A stretch of DNA of 63,966 bases, filler included, from Olpidium bornovanus S191 (lineage: Eukaryota; Fungi; Olpidiomycota), in the NCBI GenBank assembly GCA_017911155.1. It is 22 parts of 22 records of this genome, joined end to end, with 100 filler letters (N's around TTAATTAATTAA, not from the genome) between each part and the next. Parts side by side here need not be neighbours in the genome. Positions count along the whole stretch, not along the records: positions 1 to 2,370 come from JAEFCI010005991.1; positions 2,471 to 3,852 come from JAEFCI010010932.1; positions 3,953 to 7,378 come from JAEFCI010003588.1; positions 7,479 to 10,232 come from JAEFCI010002776.1; positions 10,333 to 15,342 come from JAEFCI010001707.1; 17 more parts are not named here. One strand, 5' to 3'. The notes below the pieces were generated by a model, which did no database searches, had not been told where the DNA came from, and saw only the letters and a program-made list of their open reading frames with translations. Of this stretch, positions 1 to 10,937 are shown piece by piece. Numbering within the stretch: position 1 is the stretch's first letter; the number at the start of each line of letters is the position of its first letter. The position numbers and the translations under genes are program-made.

Positions 1-32
1 AAACAGACGCCTGCTGTGTTCTCTCCCCCCCC

Positions 33-67
<35 letters not shown>

Positions 68-234
68 TTTTTTTTTGGGACGCTTAATTGTGGCATTTCA
101 CTCCTTGCGGATTTCTTTCCTTCTTTCCGTAGCAGTTTCCCGGTATTCCTGTTCGTTTCCGCTGTTCACTTTTACGAACTCAAATGAAGTTACTCCTGTC
201 TCACGATCCATCACGGCCGGTCGGACTGTGCAAT

Positions 235-390
235 TTTTCTGTGGAGCAACATCGCTCCAACAATCAAGATGCCATAATCGGCTTCCGTTCACACTGTGCC
301 ACGGGGAGGGGGTTTTCTGTGGAGCAACATCGCTCCAACAATCAAGATGCCATAATCGGCTTCCGTTCACACTGTGCCACGGGGAGGGGG
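235..390. repeat. Exact 78-bp tandem duplication (2 copies)
   Basis: TTTTCTGTGGAGCAACATCGCTCC...ACGGGGAGGGGG occurs at 235-312 and 313-390. Confidence 0.95.
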
Positions 391-1148
391 GGGGCGACGC
401 CGTTTCCCAACGTGCTGTATTCGGGCCAACGTGCTGTGTTCTCCCCTCCCCTCATCAGTTCACCTCACGTGTCTTTGCGTTAACGTTTCGCGCGCGGTTC
501 TGCGGGCCGCGCGTGATACTGTGCGCGAACGGGGCAAAAAAAAAGCCATCGGAGCAGCTTATTACTTTTTCGGGAGCAAAATCCGTTTTCGCGTGCGAGG
601 GACGGGTTCGCATGAAACGCAGGACGCAGCGCGTTTCGCTCAACCTGCTGCTGGCGCCGATCAACGGGCGGTGCGAACTGGTGCGCGCGCGATTCGGCGC
701 TCTCAGCGGGAAGGCTTCCCGCATTCGCCAGGTGAATTCTTTGCCGGGGGACGGGGCGGTCTGCACCCTTTGCGAATCGCATTCCATGGCAAACCCCCTA
801 AGCCCCACGCGGGGACTGACGGTTTCGGGAGTGAGGGGGAGAAGGGTGGGAAAGGGTGTTGGAAAGGGGGAGGCATAGTAAAGGGGCACTGCGCACTCTC
901 CGCCCCTGGACCGTAGTCCCCTTTCCCGTACACATATAGAGTAAACAAAGGCGGCGAAAACACAGCCCCGGCAGAGCTCCTCCGTACCCCGAAAAACCGT
1001 CTACGTTCTTCAAAGGGGGGAAGGGGGGGGGAGGGCGGGAGGGGGATGATAACCTTTTTGCCGAACTTCAAAAAAGCTGTCCCGTGACAAGGAGGTGGTG
1101 TAACGACGTTGTCAACGACATGGAATTATCGCTGAACCCATAAAGGGA

Positions 1149-1290
1149 TAGGGTTCCTACCCGCGGGGTCGGGTACGGGTTTTGCCTAAACCCGAACCCG
1201 TACCGGTGGCGGTTTGAAGAACCCGTACCCGTACCCAAGCAGCTTCAGCGAAACCCGTACCCGTATCTGTACCCGGCCGGTAGATCTATT
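1149..1290. mobile_element. Probable hAT transposon terminus with subterminal ACCCG(T/A)ACCCG repeats
   Basis: Begins TAGGG and is followed by repeated ACCCGTACCCG / CGGGTACGGGT units in both orientations, directly downstream of a hAT transposase C-terminus. Confidence 0.6.
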
Positions 1291-1352
1291 GAATTTTATT
1301 TTTGCTGATATTTATTCGTAATTTGCTTTGCTTCTTTAGTACATGCCTATGA

Positions 1353-1881
1353 CTAATCTTTCTTTTGCTGCACAACACCGAATTCTTTATACAGTTTCTT
1401 CATCAAGACAAGCATCTCAAGTGTCTCGGGACTCATGCGGGTACGATCCCATCTCAGAACTCTGCGAGCAGAAAAGAAGACCCGTTCAGAAGGGGCACTG
1501 GTTGCCGGGATTACGTGAACATGTTTGGCCATGGCAAATGTCGGAAACTTAGAGCTGTGCGATTTCCAAAACGCAAAGATATCCAGATCACTGTCGGCCT
1601 GATCCATGAGTGCGTACGCGTTGATCTCAGCTTCAACACTTGTCATGGGCCGGGCACGCTTCTTGAATAAACGGGATTTGAGCCTGTTGGAGCTGAAACC
1701 GGACGATCCAGATGTTGATGTAGATTCCACGGGCTCGCTGTCGACATGGAACTTGTCGGCCATGCGAATAACCAAGTCGCTCGCAGGCGAGTTTGCCTTG
1801 GAAGTGAGTGGCGTCTTCCCACTCGTTCATTTTGAAAAACGAGGGGCCGAACCTCGGATTCAAAAATGTGGCAACATACAA
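1353..1881 (-). pseudogene. Degenerate hAT transposase C-terminus (dimerisation domain)
   Basis: FWKSHSSKFPT...IPATSAPSERVFFSA...RTRMSPETLEMLV is the hAT dimerisation motif. The upstream ATFLNPRF motif is in another frame, indicating a frameshift. Confidence 0.9.
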
Positions 1882-1984
1882 TGCTTCCTGATGGTACGCG
1901 TTATGAAAATACTGTTAATTTTCCTTCCTTGAATTCTCCTTCCTTGAATTCTCCTTCCTTGATTCCCGGGTGGTTAGTCGGAAC

Positions 1985-2370
1985 CCCTCAATGTTTATGT
2001 CTACTCCTTTATAACGCGTAAACTCCTGTGTACAATACAACGCCCTCACGCGGCGAAACACATAACGCAACAGGTTATGAGCCCAACGGGACGCCCCTTC
2101 CTCTCCCGTTGAAGCGCCGCCGCTCACCGGCCGCTCTCCCCTCGCTCATCGCAGCCGACGCTCACCGCCGCCGCTGCGCATCGCCACCGCCTTCCGGCCG
2201 CCGTAGCCGCTGCGCTCACCGCCGCCGCTGCGTATCGCCACCGCCATCGTCGAGTCGCCGCCTTTTCTCCGCCTGCGCCGCAGCCTACACACAGCTGCCG
2301 CAGCCCGCAATCGCCGCCGCCGCCCTCTCTCGCCGCCGCCGCTGCTCACCGGCCGCTCTCTCACCCGCCG
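1985..2370 (-). repeat. Interspersed repeat: GCC-rich tract plus ~100-bp conserved block
   Basis: The reverse complement of 1985-2086 aligns with 49900-49990 (TTGGGCTCATAACCTGTTG...AGGGCGTTGTATT...GAGTTTACGYGTTATAA). Both copies adjoin a degenerate (GGC)n tract. Confidence 0.85.
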
Positions 2371-2470
2371 NNNNNNNNNNNNNNNNNNNNNNNNNNNNNN
2401 NNNNNNNNNNNNNNTTAATTAATTAANNNNNNNNNNNNNNNNNNNNNNNNNNNNNNNNNNNNNNNNNNNN
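2371..2470. other. Artificial contig linker (N44-TTAATTAATTAA-N44), first of 21
   Basis: Identical 100-bp spacers with stops in all six frames start at 2371, 3853, 7379, 10233, 15343, 19428, 20734, 23047, 26577, 29375, 31930, 35638, 37019, 39043, 41212, 46899, 49187, 52846, 57830, 60415 and 62835. The sequences on either side are unrelated. Confidence 0.99.
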
Positions 2471-4016
2471 CATGAGCCCCGACTCCGGTGTCACAGCAAA
2501 CGAAATACTGCGCCAAATTGGCGCCCGCTTGCAGGCGGCGGAGGGCGAAGGACGTACGTACCCCGCTTCCTTTTGATCTACTTCTCTTTTCCGTATTCCA
2601 GTTCTGCTCACTCCTTCGCTTCTCAATCTGTTATCGTTAAAGCTGGACTTTTTACGTCATACAAGAACGTCAATATTTTTCCGGTTAATTTTCCTGTTTT
2701 TTGCAAGGAACTGCGATAACGAAAGTGCTGAATAATTCTCTTTTCAATTTTCTAGTGCAGAAGAAAATTTTGGTATGTCTGTGCAGCAAATATTTCTCGG
2801 CGCCGCAAATGTTTCGCGATGAATGCCTGCCAAATAATCCTCTAACATACGCCCAACCGCATCCAATCGCAAAAAACGAACTACGCACAATATCGCTTTA
2901 TTAGCTTGTCTATTTTATTCCTTTTTTAATTTGTTTTTTTGTTATACTGGTTTTTATTGAGTGTATTAATTTACTATTTTTATGTTCATCACGGAAAACA
3001 TTCTAGCACGTTGGAGTTACGCAGGCAACCGATGAAACTCTGCAAGGGGTGGAGGTCCGAAGTTCTTTACCCGTTGGGACATGATCGGCTAACCCCAACC
3101 CCACGTTTGTTTTACGTATTCAATATTTTTTAGCCCCGCCAGGCACCTCAACCCTTTTGCCACTACGTGCCTCATTTTTCCATTTTCTCGTGCAGCACCG
3201 ACGAACAAGCAAACACTTCGCACCGTGCGAACGGAAATGTCGTCATGCTAATTATAAAATAATTGGTGAACTGCTTTTCGGGGCAGCCGCGGTCTGGCCG
3301 CGATCGGCACCCCTCCCCGTCCCATCACCCCCCACCAACTCCGCCTTTCCCCCGACCTCCTTCAACCTTCCCCTCCCTTCCCCCCCCGTCTTTTCCGACC
3401 GATTTTCTCAGGCTACGACTCGCTTCGGTCCTGCCGGACTCCAGCGCACACTGTCCGCGTTTTTGTCCCCGGCGCCTGCCTGCGATCTTGCAGCCCAAAC
3501 GATAGCGCAGAGGCGAGGTGGGCATATAGTCGAGTTTGCTGCGATCTTTTCGGACCGTTCACGCGGGGGATTACGACCTCTGCGAAGGGGCGCTTGGAGC
3601 CGGGGAAGATATAAAAAACCAGCGATAGGCGGCTCCGGGACAAAGCAAAGACGAAAAGCCCAGAAGCGCGGGAGTCTTCGTCGGGCGATCAATGTCGAGG
3701 TTCAGCCACTTGACCGGCGGTGACCTCAGGGGACGCGCAAAGAAAGCTCGGCCGCAGCGTGGGGCTTAGAGGGGCTGGGAGTTTAACGGCGTGGGGGAGG
3801 GGCGGGAACAAGTTTTGGCGGAGCTTGGCCAACCGACGGCCAACAGAACATGNNNNNNNNNNNNNNNNNNNNNNNNNNNNNNNNNNNNNNNNNNNNTTAA
3901 TTAATTAANNNNNNNNNNNNNNNNNNNNNNNNNNNNNNNNNNNNNNNNNNNNCATGCAGTTAAACGGGTGCGAGTCAGACGAAGCTCTGTTCGACCTGAT
4001 AGGATCTATGACTTAC

Positions 4017-7000
4017 GCGAACGCCACCACTGGATCAGACTTTTCTGATTCCGCAATCATGTCTGCTGCTACGGCAAACAAGTCCGGGCCACAACATCCT
4101 TCCTGTAAGGCTGTCGAAATTGCTTTCAGGTAAGTTATGCGCAGCTCGTCCGAACTGACTACCGGAACCTGGTCGTGCTCATCGTTTTCGGAGGTCAGTT
4201 TCTGGCATTTCGCCATGATTAACATGGCGACGGCGGCGATGTCGGCAGGGACGGCCGTATTGCTTTCGAGGACCTCCTTGGCGAACTCGTGAGCCCGCTT
4301 CAAACTGCCGGCTTGCAACTGGATCCATCGGATCTCATTCGGCGTCGGCTCGCTGGTACCTCTAACAAAACCGGTGATTTTCTCTTCGATCGTTCTGCTA
4401 CGGGGAATCTCCCTCCTGGCTGCGTACATGGCGTCGGCCAGCTCTAGATTGATGCGAGCCCGGTGCAACAAAAAATGCAGGTGCACACGCTCGCTGGGAA
4501 GCGAAAACGTTTTATCATTCGTTTGACGTTTGGGAAGTTTCGTGTAGATGTTTTCCGCAACATCGATCTTCTCCAACGCCATTATTTTGTCATCATAGTT
4601 ATCTTCGGCACTCTTGCGTGGACGGTGCAGAACCATCCGAACGTGTAAGAGCAAGGTATCAATCAGCAAGAACCACATCTTATTGGCTTCGAAGACAGAT
4701 TCAGCTTTTTCCATCAGTTCCAGCGCACTATGCGTCCCATCACGCGTCGTCGCTCCTCGGAACAGCAGCTCCCCTTTCCACCTGTAAAGCATGGCTACGT
4801 GCATTGTGAACGACGGTCTCATCAACGACTTGTGCCGCGACGCTATGCTATCTAAGTTTTCCGTTATCACGGTGAGAACGTGCAGCATGGATTTCCTGTG
4901 CTTGGAAGTAAACAGGTGATTTGCAACCGCAATCGCAAGCCTCGTCCACGCGGAGACGTGACCATTCGCCGTGCTCAAAGCCTTCAGCAGCAACTTCAAC
5001 GCCTTATCCGCGTCCTCGCACATAGTGGCGACGTCCGCAAGGACTCGTAACGCATCTGAAGGCAGTTCTGAACTCCATACGTCTTCCGGCGCCATGTCCG
5101 TTGGGAAGATGTCGGATACGAGCACAGGAAGCCGCCTTTCCAACATCTGCTGAGCAATAATGAGCTGGAACGCCTCCGCAACCGGCGAAGTTTCTAGACG
5201 TTGTCCGTGCGGGGGGAAAGCCGTTTTGTTTTTCCCCCTTCCGGACTTGACATTGAAAGGTATGCCCAGGTCGTGGAGGCAGCATTTCTGTATATAGCCG
5301 AGATACTTAGCGGCGACGCCGCGCACGGGTGAGATCAGTTGCGCGAGCGCAAGACACTTTGGTCCGAGAATGTGGAACCCGTGTGCTGCCATGACCTGCG
5401 AAATAAGCGTCAGGCACAGCGCGAATTCTTCCAGGACATTCGCCGGGACCGCAGCGACCAGGGACTGCGTGAAACTTGCAAGACCCTTGGACGGCTTGTA
5501 GAAAATCCAGTCGCTGTCGTGTATAGGCCGGTCGTCGAGGTTGGTTTCGCAGGCAGGGATCGACACCGCGGCCGGAACCTCCGGCCTTGTACCCTTGCGC
5601 GACGGCCGTTCGGCGGCGGCGGCGGCGGCTGGTTTTGCCGGCTGCTGCTGCTGTTGCTGTTGCTGCTGTTGGTGCGACGGCGGCGACTGCTGCTGCTGCT
5701 GCTGCTGTTCCTGGGGAGCAGGAGCAATGCTTTGCTGGTACCGGTCAAAGATGAACTGCAGGCACGAGTCCACCGCTTTGTTCGCTCGCATGACGTGTTG
5801 GGCGCGCACGTTGACGTTTGGGGCGCACAGCCAGAGCATGTAAGCCAGCCTCAGCTTGATGCAATGCATCCGCATGCTCTCGTCCATGGCGTCCGCCAAG
5901 CTGTCCGCGGCATCGAGGCTCTCTTGGATCTCGGCGTGCGCCTCGCGGTGTTCGAGCAGCCAGATGGCGTAGTCCTGCAGGAGCTCGGCTTTGAGCTCTG
6001 CCTCCGCCGGCGTGAGCACCTCGATGGCCGTCCGAAGGTCCTGCTTCTGCTTCTCGGGACTGCGGTGCTTCGTCGTACCCAGCGTCACCCAGATGTACGC
6101 CTGAGCCGCGGGCTCGAACATGTCCTTTGCTACCGGACGCCCGATCATCCATCCGAACAGCACTTTGACTTTCCATAGCGGACGATGCAGCGACGATGGC
6201 AGCGACTGGCAGGCCTTCTCGATCAGGTGGAGGCCGTCCCTGAACCGATTTTGGTCTTGGTAGATTTGGAGGAGCTCCAAGTACAGCTTTTGCACAAGCT
6301 CCTGGTCCGGCACCGACGAGTTCGTAAGCGTCCGCAGATCAGGCAGCGACTGTAGGATGCTTTCGAGAGCGCCCTTGATCAGAGCTCGGGATTCCGGGGC
6401 GGCGCCGAGCACGCAGGCCGCGTTCCAGAAGTTCCGCATGGCGTTCCAATAGTGTCCGGAACCCACGTCACTTGACCGGATGCTCACCGCGAAATGGTAG
6501 CATGCCTGGATGCGAACCTCACGGCTCGCCACGTCGTCGTTTTCCCCAACCGTCGACATCATCGCCTGACCGTTATAGTTTTCAGCCAAGGCAACGTACT
6601 GATTCGACATGTCCTTGTATAATTTTGGCCGAATGTTTTTAAGAACGTCGAGAACGGCCTTGGCCGAGTGGCTTCCTAGCAGTATTCTCGCAACCCGAAC
6701 CCATAAGGCGACGGCCAGGTCCTCAGGGATCGGGGCTTGTTTGATATCAATAATGAGCTGGTCCACCATTGCCGCTGAACTTTCCTTGCCGTTTCGTTTG
6801 CACCAGTCCATGTGCTCGATCGTAGTGAAAATTTTGAGGATGATGTCAAGCTCAATGACACCTACGGACGCTCCTTTACTGATCTGCAACTGCGCGTGGT
6901 GGTATACGAGAGCCGCCTTCACTCCCACAGGCGCCGCTTTGCACGCAAAGCCGGCTTTCAGTGCTTCCTCCATCTGCTTGGTGTCGGCGGCGAACGCACC

Positions 7001-7378
7001 GTCGGCCGCTTTAGCTCCCGACCGTTTAAACACCTCCCGGCTTTTTCTTGCGGCAGAGGACGACTTGGCGTCCTTTTCTTCCGCCGCCGGCGCTTCGGCC
7101 CGCTCGAGGGCCTCTGCCAGGCACTTCACGTGCATTACCGCCACGTGCGAAAACATCTCGGACTCTTTGAAGCTCGTCCCGTAAAGGGCCTCGTACACGT
7201 GGCGCACGGCGTTCTGGTATGCCGGTGCGTGGAGGTGCCCTTCCCGCGGCTTCAGCGCGAGCAGCTTCTTCACGGATTCTTCCAACATCCAGTGCTCCTT
7301 CTGGGCGAGTGCGATGTCGAACGTTTTGAGGAAAAACTCGTACTCGGCGTTCCCGTCCGGTCGTGAGTCGCTCACATG
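4017..7378 (-). CDS. CFAP46: CFAP46 (TTC40)-like axonemal central-pair protein, one internal exon of at least 3.36 kb (partial gene)
   Basis: Open frame of about 1120 aa. Colinear helical motifs resemble CFAP46 as I recall it: RNFWNA..L....R...KGALESI; LYLELLQIYQDQNRFRDGLHLIEKACQSLP..LHR; KAELLQDYAIWLLEH. The ORF-track stop lies inside a GTAAGT donor (4016-4011). Confidence 0.8.
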
Positions 7379-7478
7379 NNNNNNNNNNNNNNNNNNNNNN
7401 NNNNNNNNNNNNNNNNNNNNNNTTAATTAATTAANNNNNNNNNNNNNNNNNNNNNNNNNNNNNNNNNNNNNNNNNNNN

Positions 7479-8257
7479 CATGATCATCTGCTGTCAGGCC
7501 ACATCGTCTCCTCGCGGACACTTGCACATCTTCCGCCAGAACTATTACTGGCCAGGAATGCACGTCTCCGTGAAAAAATATGTTCGCTCTTGCACGATGT
7601 GCCAGTTGCACAAATCGAAGAGCCCGCCGAATCCCCCGCCGTTACGCTACGTGCATCTGGGTGCCGCGTTTGCTGATGTTTTGGTTGATCTTGTTGGTCC
7701 TCTAGCCGAAACGAAGGCCTCCAATGTCTACATCCTCGTCTTACAGGATCGCTTCACAAAATGGCCGGAAGCCGTCCCTCTTCTTAACAAGTCAGCTCTG
7801 ACTGTCACCGATGCCATTAATCGTCATTTGATTTGCCGCCATGGTGTGTCGCGCAATTTGCACACTGATCAGGGTGCCGAATTCAACAACGTCCTTCTCA
7901 ATCGTTTTTCCAAACGTCTCTCGATGGGCCGTTCGTCAACCACAGCATACCATCCACAAGTGAATAGTCAAGCGGTGTGCTTCAATCGCACTTTGATCGA
8001 TTCGATCCGCGCATATGCCAATTCTAAGCCTACTACTTGGGATCGTTACCTTGAGTCCGTTCTTTTTGCGTATCGAACAATGCCCCATGCAGGACTCAAT
8101 GAAACACCGTTCTTTCTCATCTACGTAAGAGACCCGCAATTGCCCTGGAACGTCCTTCTGGGATTGCTCGACAATATCGATCGTGACCTCCATGTGTACA
8201 AGATGCAGATCACGGGCAATCTGCGTCATGCTCATGATATCATTTGTGCTCAGCTTT
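7479..8257 (+). mobile_element. Ty3/gypsy integrase relic (zinc-binding region plus rve core)
   Basis: YYWPGM...YVRSCTMCQLHK; VDLVGPL; HTDQGAEF; TAYHPQVNSQAVCFNRTL. The third catalytic acidic residue (usually ERFNRTL) is absent, and the ORF is cut off by an LTR. Confidence 0.93.
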
Positions 8258-8714
8258 TGTACTGCGGCAAGGTTCACAGCGTTGTATTCCTCTTCCTTGT
8301 CAGGTCTGAGCAGGGTGCTACAGGTAAGGTGACGAGGGTCGACGAGGGCAAGTTTGATCGAAGACGATCGGAGAGTAAAAAGGGAAAGGCCGTTGTTGTG
8401 TTCGACGTCGAGCTACGGAGCGGAAGGGACGCTATTTATGCCAGTCGACGTCGAGCGGAAGGCAGGTCGACGGCAAAGCCGTCCTTCGACGTCGCGTCTG
8501 TCGACGTTATTGCATAACTAAGACCAAGGGGGCCAGGTTTTCAAGGCAGCACAGGGCCTCTTATTCGTAGGACGGTAATTGTCGAGAGTGCGGGCGAGTA
8601 CGCGTCAAGAGTGGGCGGGAGAGAGAGTGAGAGGAAGGAGAGTCAGCTGTCTGTCGTGTGGGCTCGCACGCGTTTTTTTTAGGGGAGGGGAAGAAGAGGC
8701 CTACGCGTAGTACA
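8258..8714 (-). mobile_element. 457-bp LTR (TG...CA with short terminal inverted repeats)
   Basis: Ends are TGTACTGCG...CGTAGTACA (8 of 9 inverted match). There is a TATA-like ATAAATAG on the minus strand, and the 3' part matches 15443-15616. No target-site duplication (GCTTT vs AAATT). Confidence 0.75.
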
Positions 8715-9026
8715 AAATTGCTCCGTGACAACCAGCCTCTCACTCTTCTGCAGTAGTTGGAATTCTATGCTCGGTTTCTGGAATTTAATGTGCAGCTTTT
8801 GGTTTCCTTACGACTTCTCCCGTTCTCCCCTTGTACCCGTCGTTCCCCTTCACTACAGCCGCCCCCCCCGTGACTGATGAGCTTGTCTCGAAAGTCACGG
8901 TCCGCCACGTGACTGATAGCTCTTTTGGTTTTTAACGAGTCGGATTTGGCTCCACCAACGCCACTCGCCCCGCACCATTACTCCGCACTTCAGTCTCTGC
9001 CACGTCCACCCGTTCACCTAGCCACA

Positions 9027-10215
9027 ATGTCGTCCTCTGCGTTCGCTGCCCCTGCGCCCACCTCGTCCGCCTTCACCGAGAGGCGTCTCAACGCTGCTAC
9101 CCGTCGGATATACACGGCCTTCTGGGCGCACCGATTGCGAAACTCCCGGAGTTTGCTCGCGGCCGCAGCTGCGTGCGTTGCCGATCGGCCGACGCCAGAA
9201 CGTCAATGCACTCTGCGCGGGCGGATGATCCGTTTTATCCATTACGCGTGGAGGTTTCGCGCCGTCCACGAGGATGGAAGTACCGAAGCCTGCGTCGCCC
9301 TCCTCCAGTCAGTTTCGGTCTCTCCTTCGTACTGTAACTCCACTTTGATAGATAACCTCTTTCACGTCTACTTGCAGACTTCGTCAATCGATGATTGACG
9401 CCTTCCTCCAGGTCATGAATTGGCCAGCCTCCTTTTGGCTTCCCACAGATCCTCGCGATCTGGAATTCCTGTTTTTGCCGTCAGACACGCAGTATTGTGA
9501 CCCCGGCGGCCCCGAAGATCGCGACTACGATCCGCGCCCCGCTCCCGTCGCTGACGACAGTTATATTCAGGTTCGCGTCTTCATGCACCCGGTCTCTCCG
9601 CCGCAGCCAGACGCCGAGCTTGCAGACGATGCCCCGGCAGCCATTTCTCCCCACGCCCGGAGCTCTTGGTTCCCAGAGCTCCGCCAATGCGCCGAATCCT
9701 ATAATTTTCTCCGCTGGCTCGCGGTCGCACGAGAGGATCCTCCCATTGACATGTCCCGGGTCGACCAGGGTCAAACACGCTCACGAAATTTTCTCTTCTC
9801 AGACATTTGGCGGGACGTTCCGCGCGACGACGACGACAATCCTGAAGGAGGCGGCAGGGACGAGGATGCTCCTCCCCCGTCAGATCGCGTCACACGGTCG
9901 CAAGCTTGCGCCAGCCGCGCCTCCGCATCGACGACCAGCCACGCGCCTGCCTCGGCAACATCCGGTTCCTTCTCCGCCTCCACAACAAGTCGCAGGATCG
10001 CGACTGCTACCGCCCCCAGCAGTCATCGCAGCACACGGTCGCGGACATCCGCCGCCGCCCTTCCGTTGTTGACCTCCGCCTCTTCGGTTCTCATGCCCCT
10101 TGCTACCAGCGAGCCTTCTTCAGTGACCGCTGTCGGGAGACTGCTGACTCCGACGGGGTTGTGGCAGGCTGGGACGGGCAGCAATGGGCTGTTTTACGCG
10201 TGCGGATTGCCGTAA
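9027..10215 (+). CDS. Two overlapping hypothetical ORFs (9027-9398, 9391-10215), possibly one frameshifted gene or retroelement ORF
   Basis: Plausible start context CCACAATGTC and protein-like composition. The ORFs overlap by 8 nt (ATGATTGA), and the last stop coincides with a GTAAGT donor-like site. No family recognised. Confidence 0.4.
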
Positions 10216-10332
10216 GTACGGGTGCCCGCGGGNNNNNNNNNNNNNNNNNNNNNNNNNNNNNNNNNNNNNNNNNNNNTTAATTAATTAANNNNNNNNNNNN
10301 NNNNNNNNNNNNNNNNNNNNNNNNNNNNNNNN

Positions 10333-10373
<41 letters not shown>

Positions 10374-10937
10374 ACCCCCCCCCCCCCCTCTTCCCCCCTC
10401 AACCTTCTCAACGCAGCAGCGCGGGCCTTCCCCACCCCCACTCCCCACCGGCCCCTTCCCCACACACACCCCCCCCGCCAAATAATCTTTTTTCTTTCTT
10501 TTTTTCTCTTGTTGTTTCATTCCTGGTGGTTTGTTCTGCCTGCTTCCCTCTCCCGTCCTCTCTCATTTCCTTCTTTCACTTCTCTCCGCCCCTTCTCTTC
10601 CCTAAAAACACCTCATCCCGCACAGACGGCCCTACATTCCCCCTGCAAGGCTGCGGGCAGAAACAATAAAAACAGAATAATATTATCACGACAGCAGCGA
10701 CGACAAACGATAAACGCAAGCAGCACCTTCCCCGTGCTGTTCACGGCCTCCCAACGACCCGCCGTGCAACCCCCCGGCCCCCTTTTCCGGCCGCTTGCTG
10801 CCGGAAATTTGTTTCGCGACCGGGCGGGAAGAAAAAGAAAAAAAAAGAGAGATCGCGCGCGGTCGCTCGCAAGCGACGCAAAAAATTAGAAACGACACCC
10901 CCCCCACACACACACGCACACGCACACGCCGCGGCCA

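Noticed and set aside
7479-8257. CpG decay or RIP-like mutation in transposon relics
   Set aside because: A few changes fit C-to-T, but many CpGs remain and I cannot quantify this without consensus alignments.
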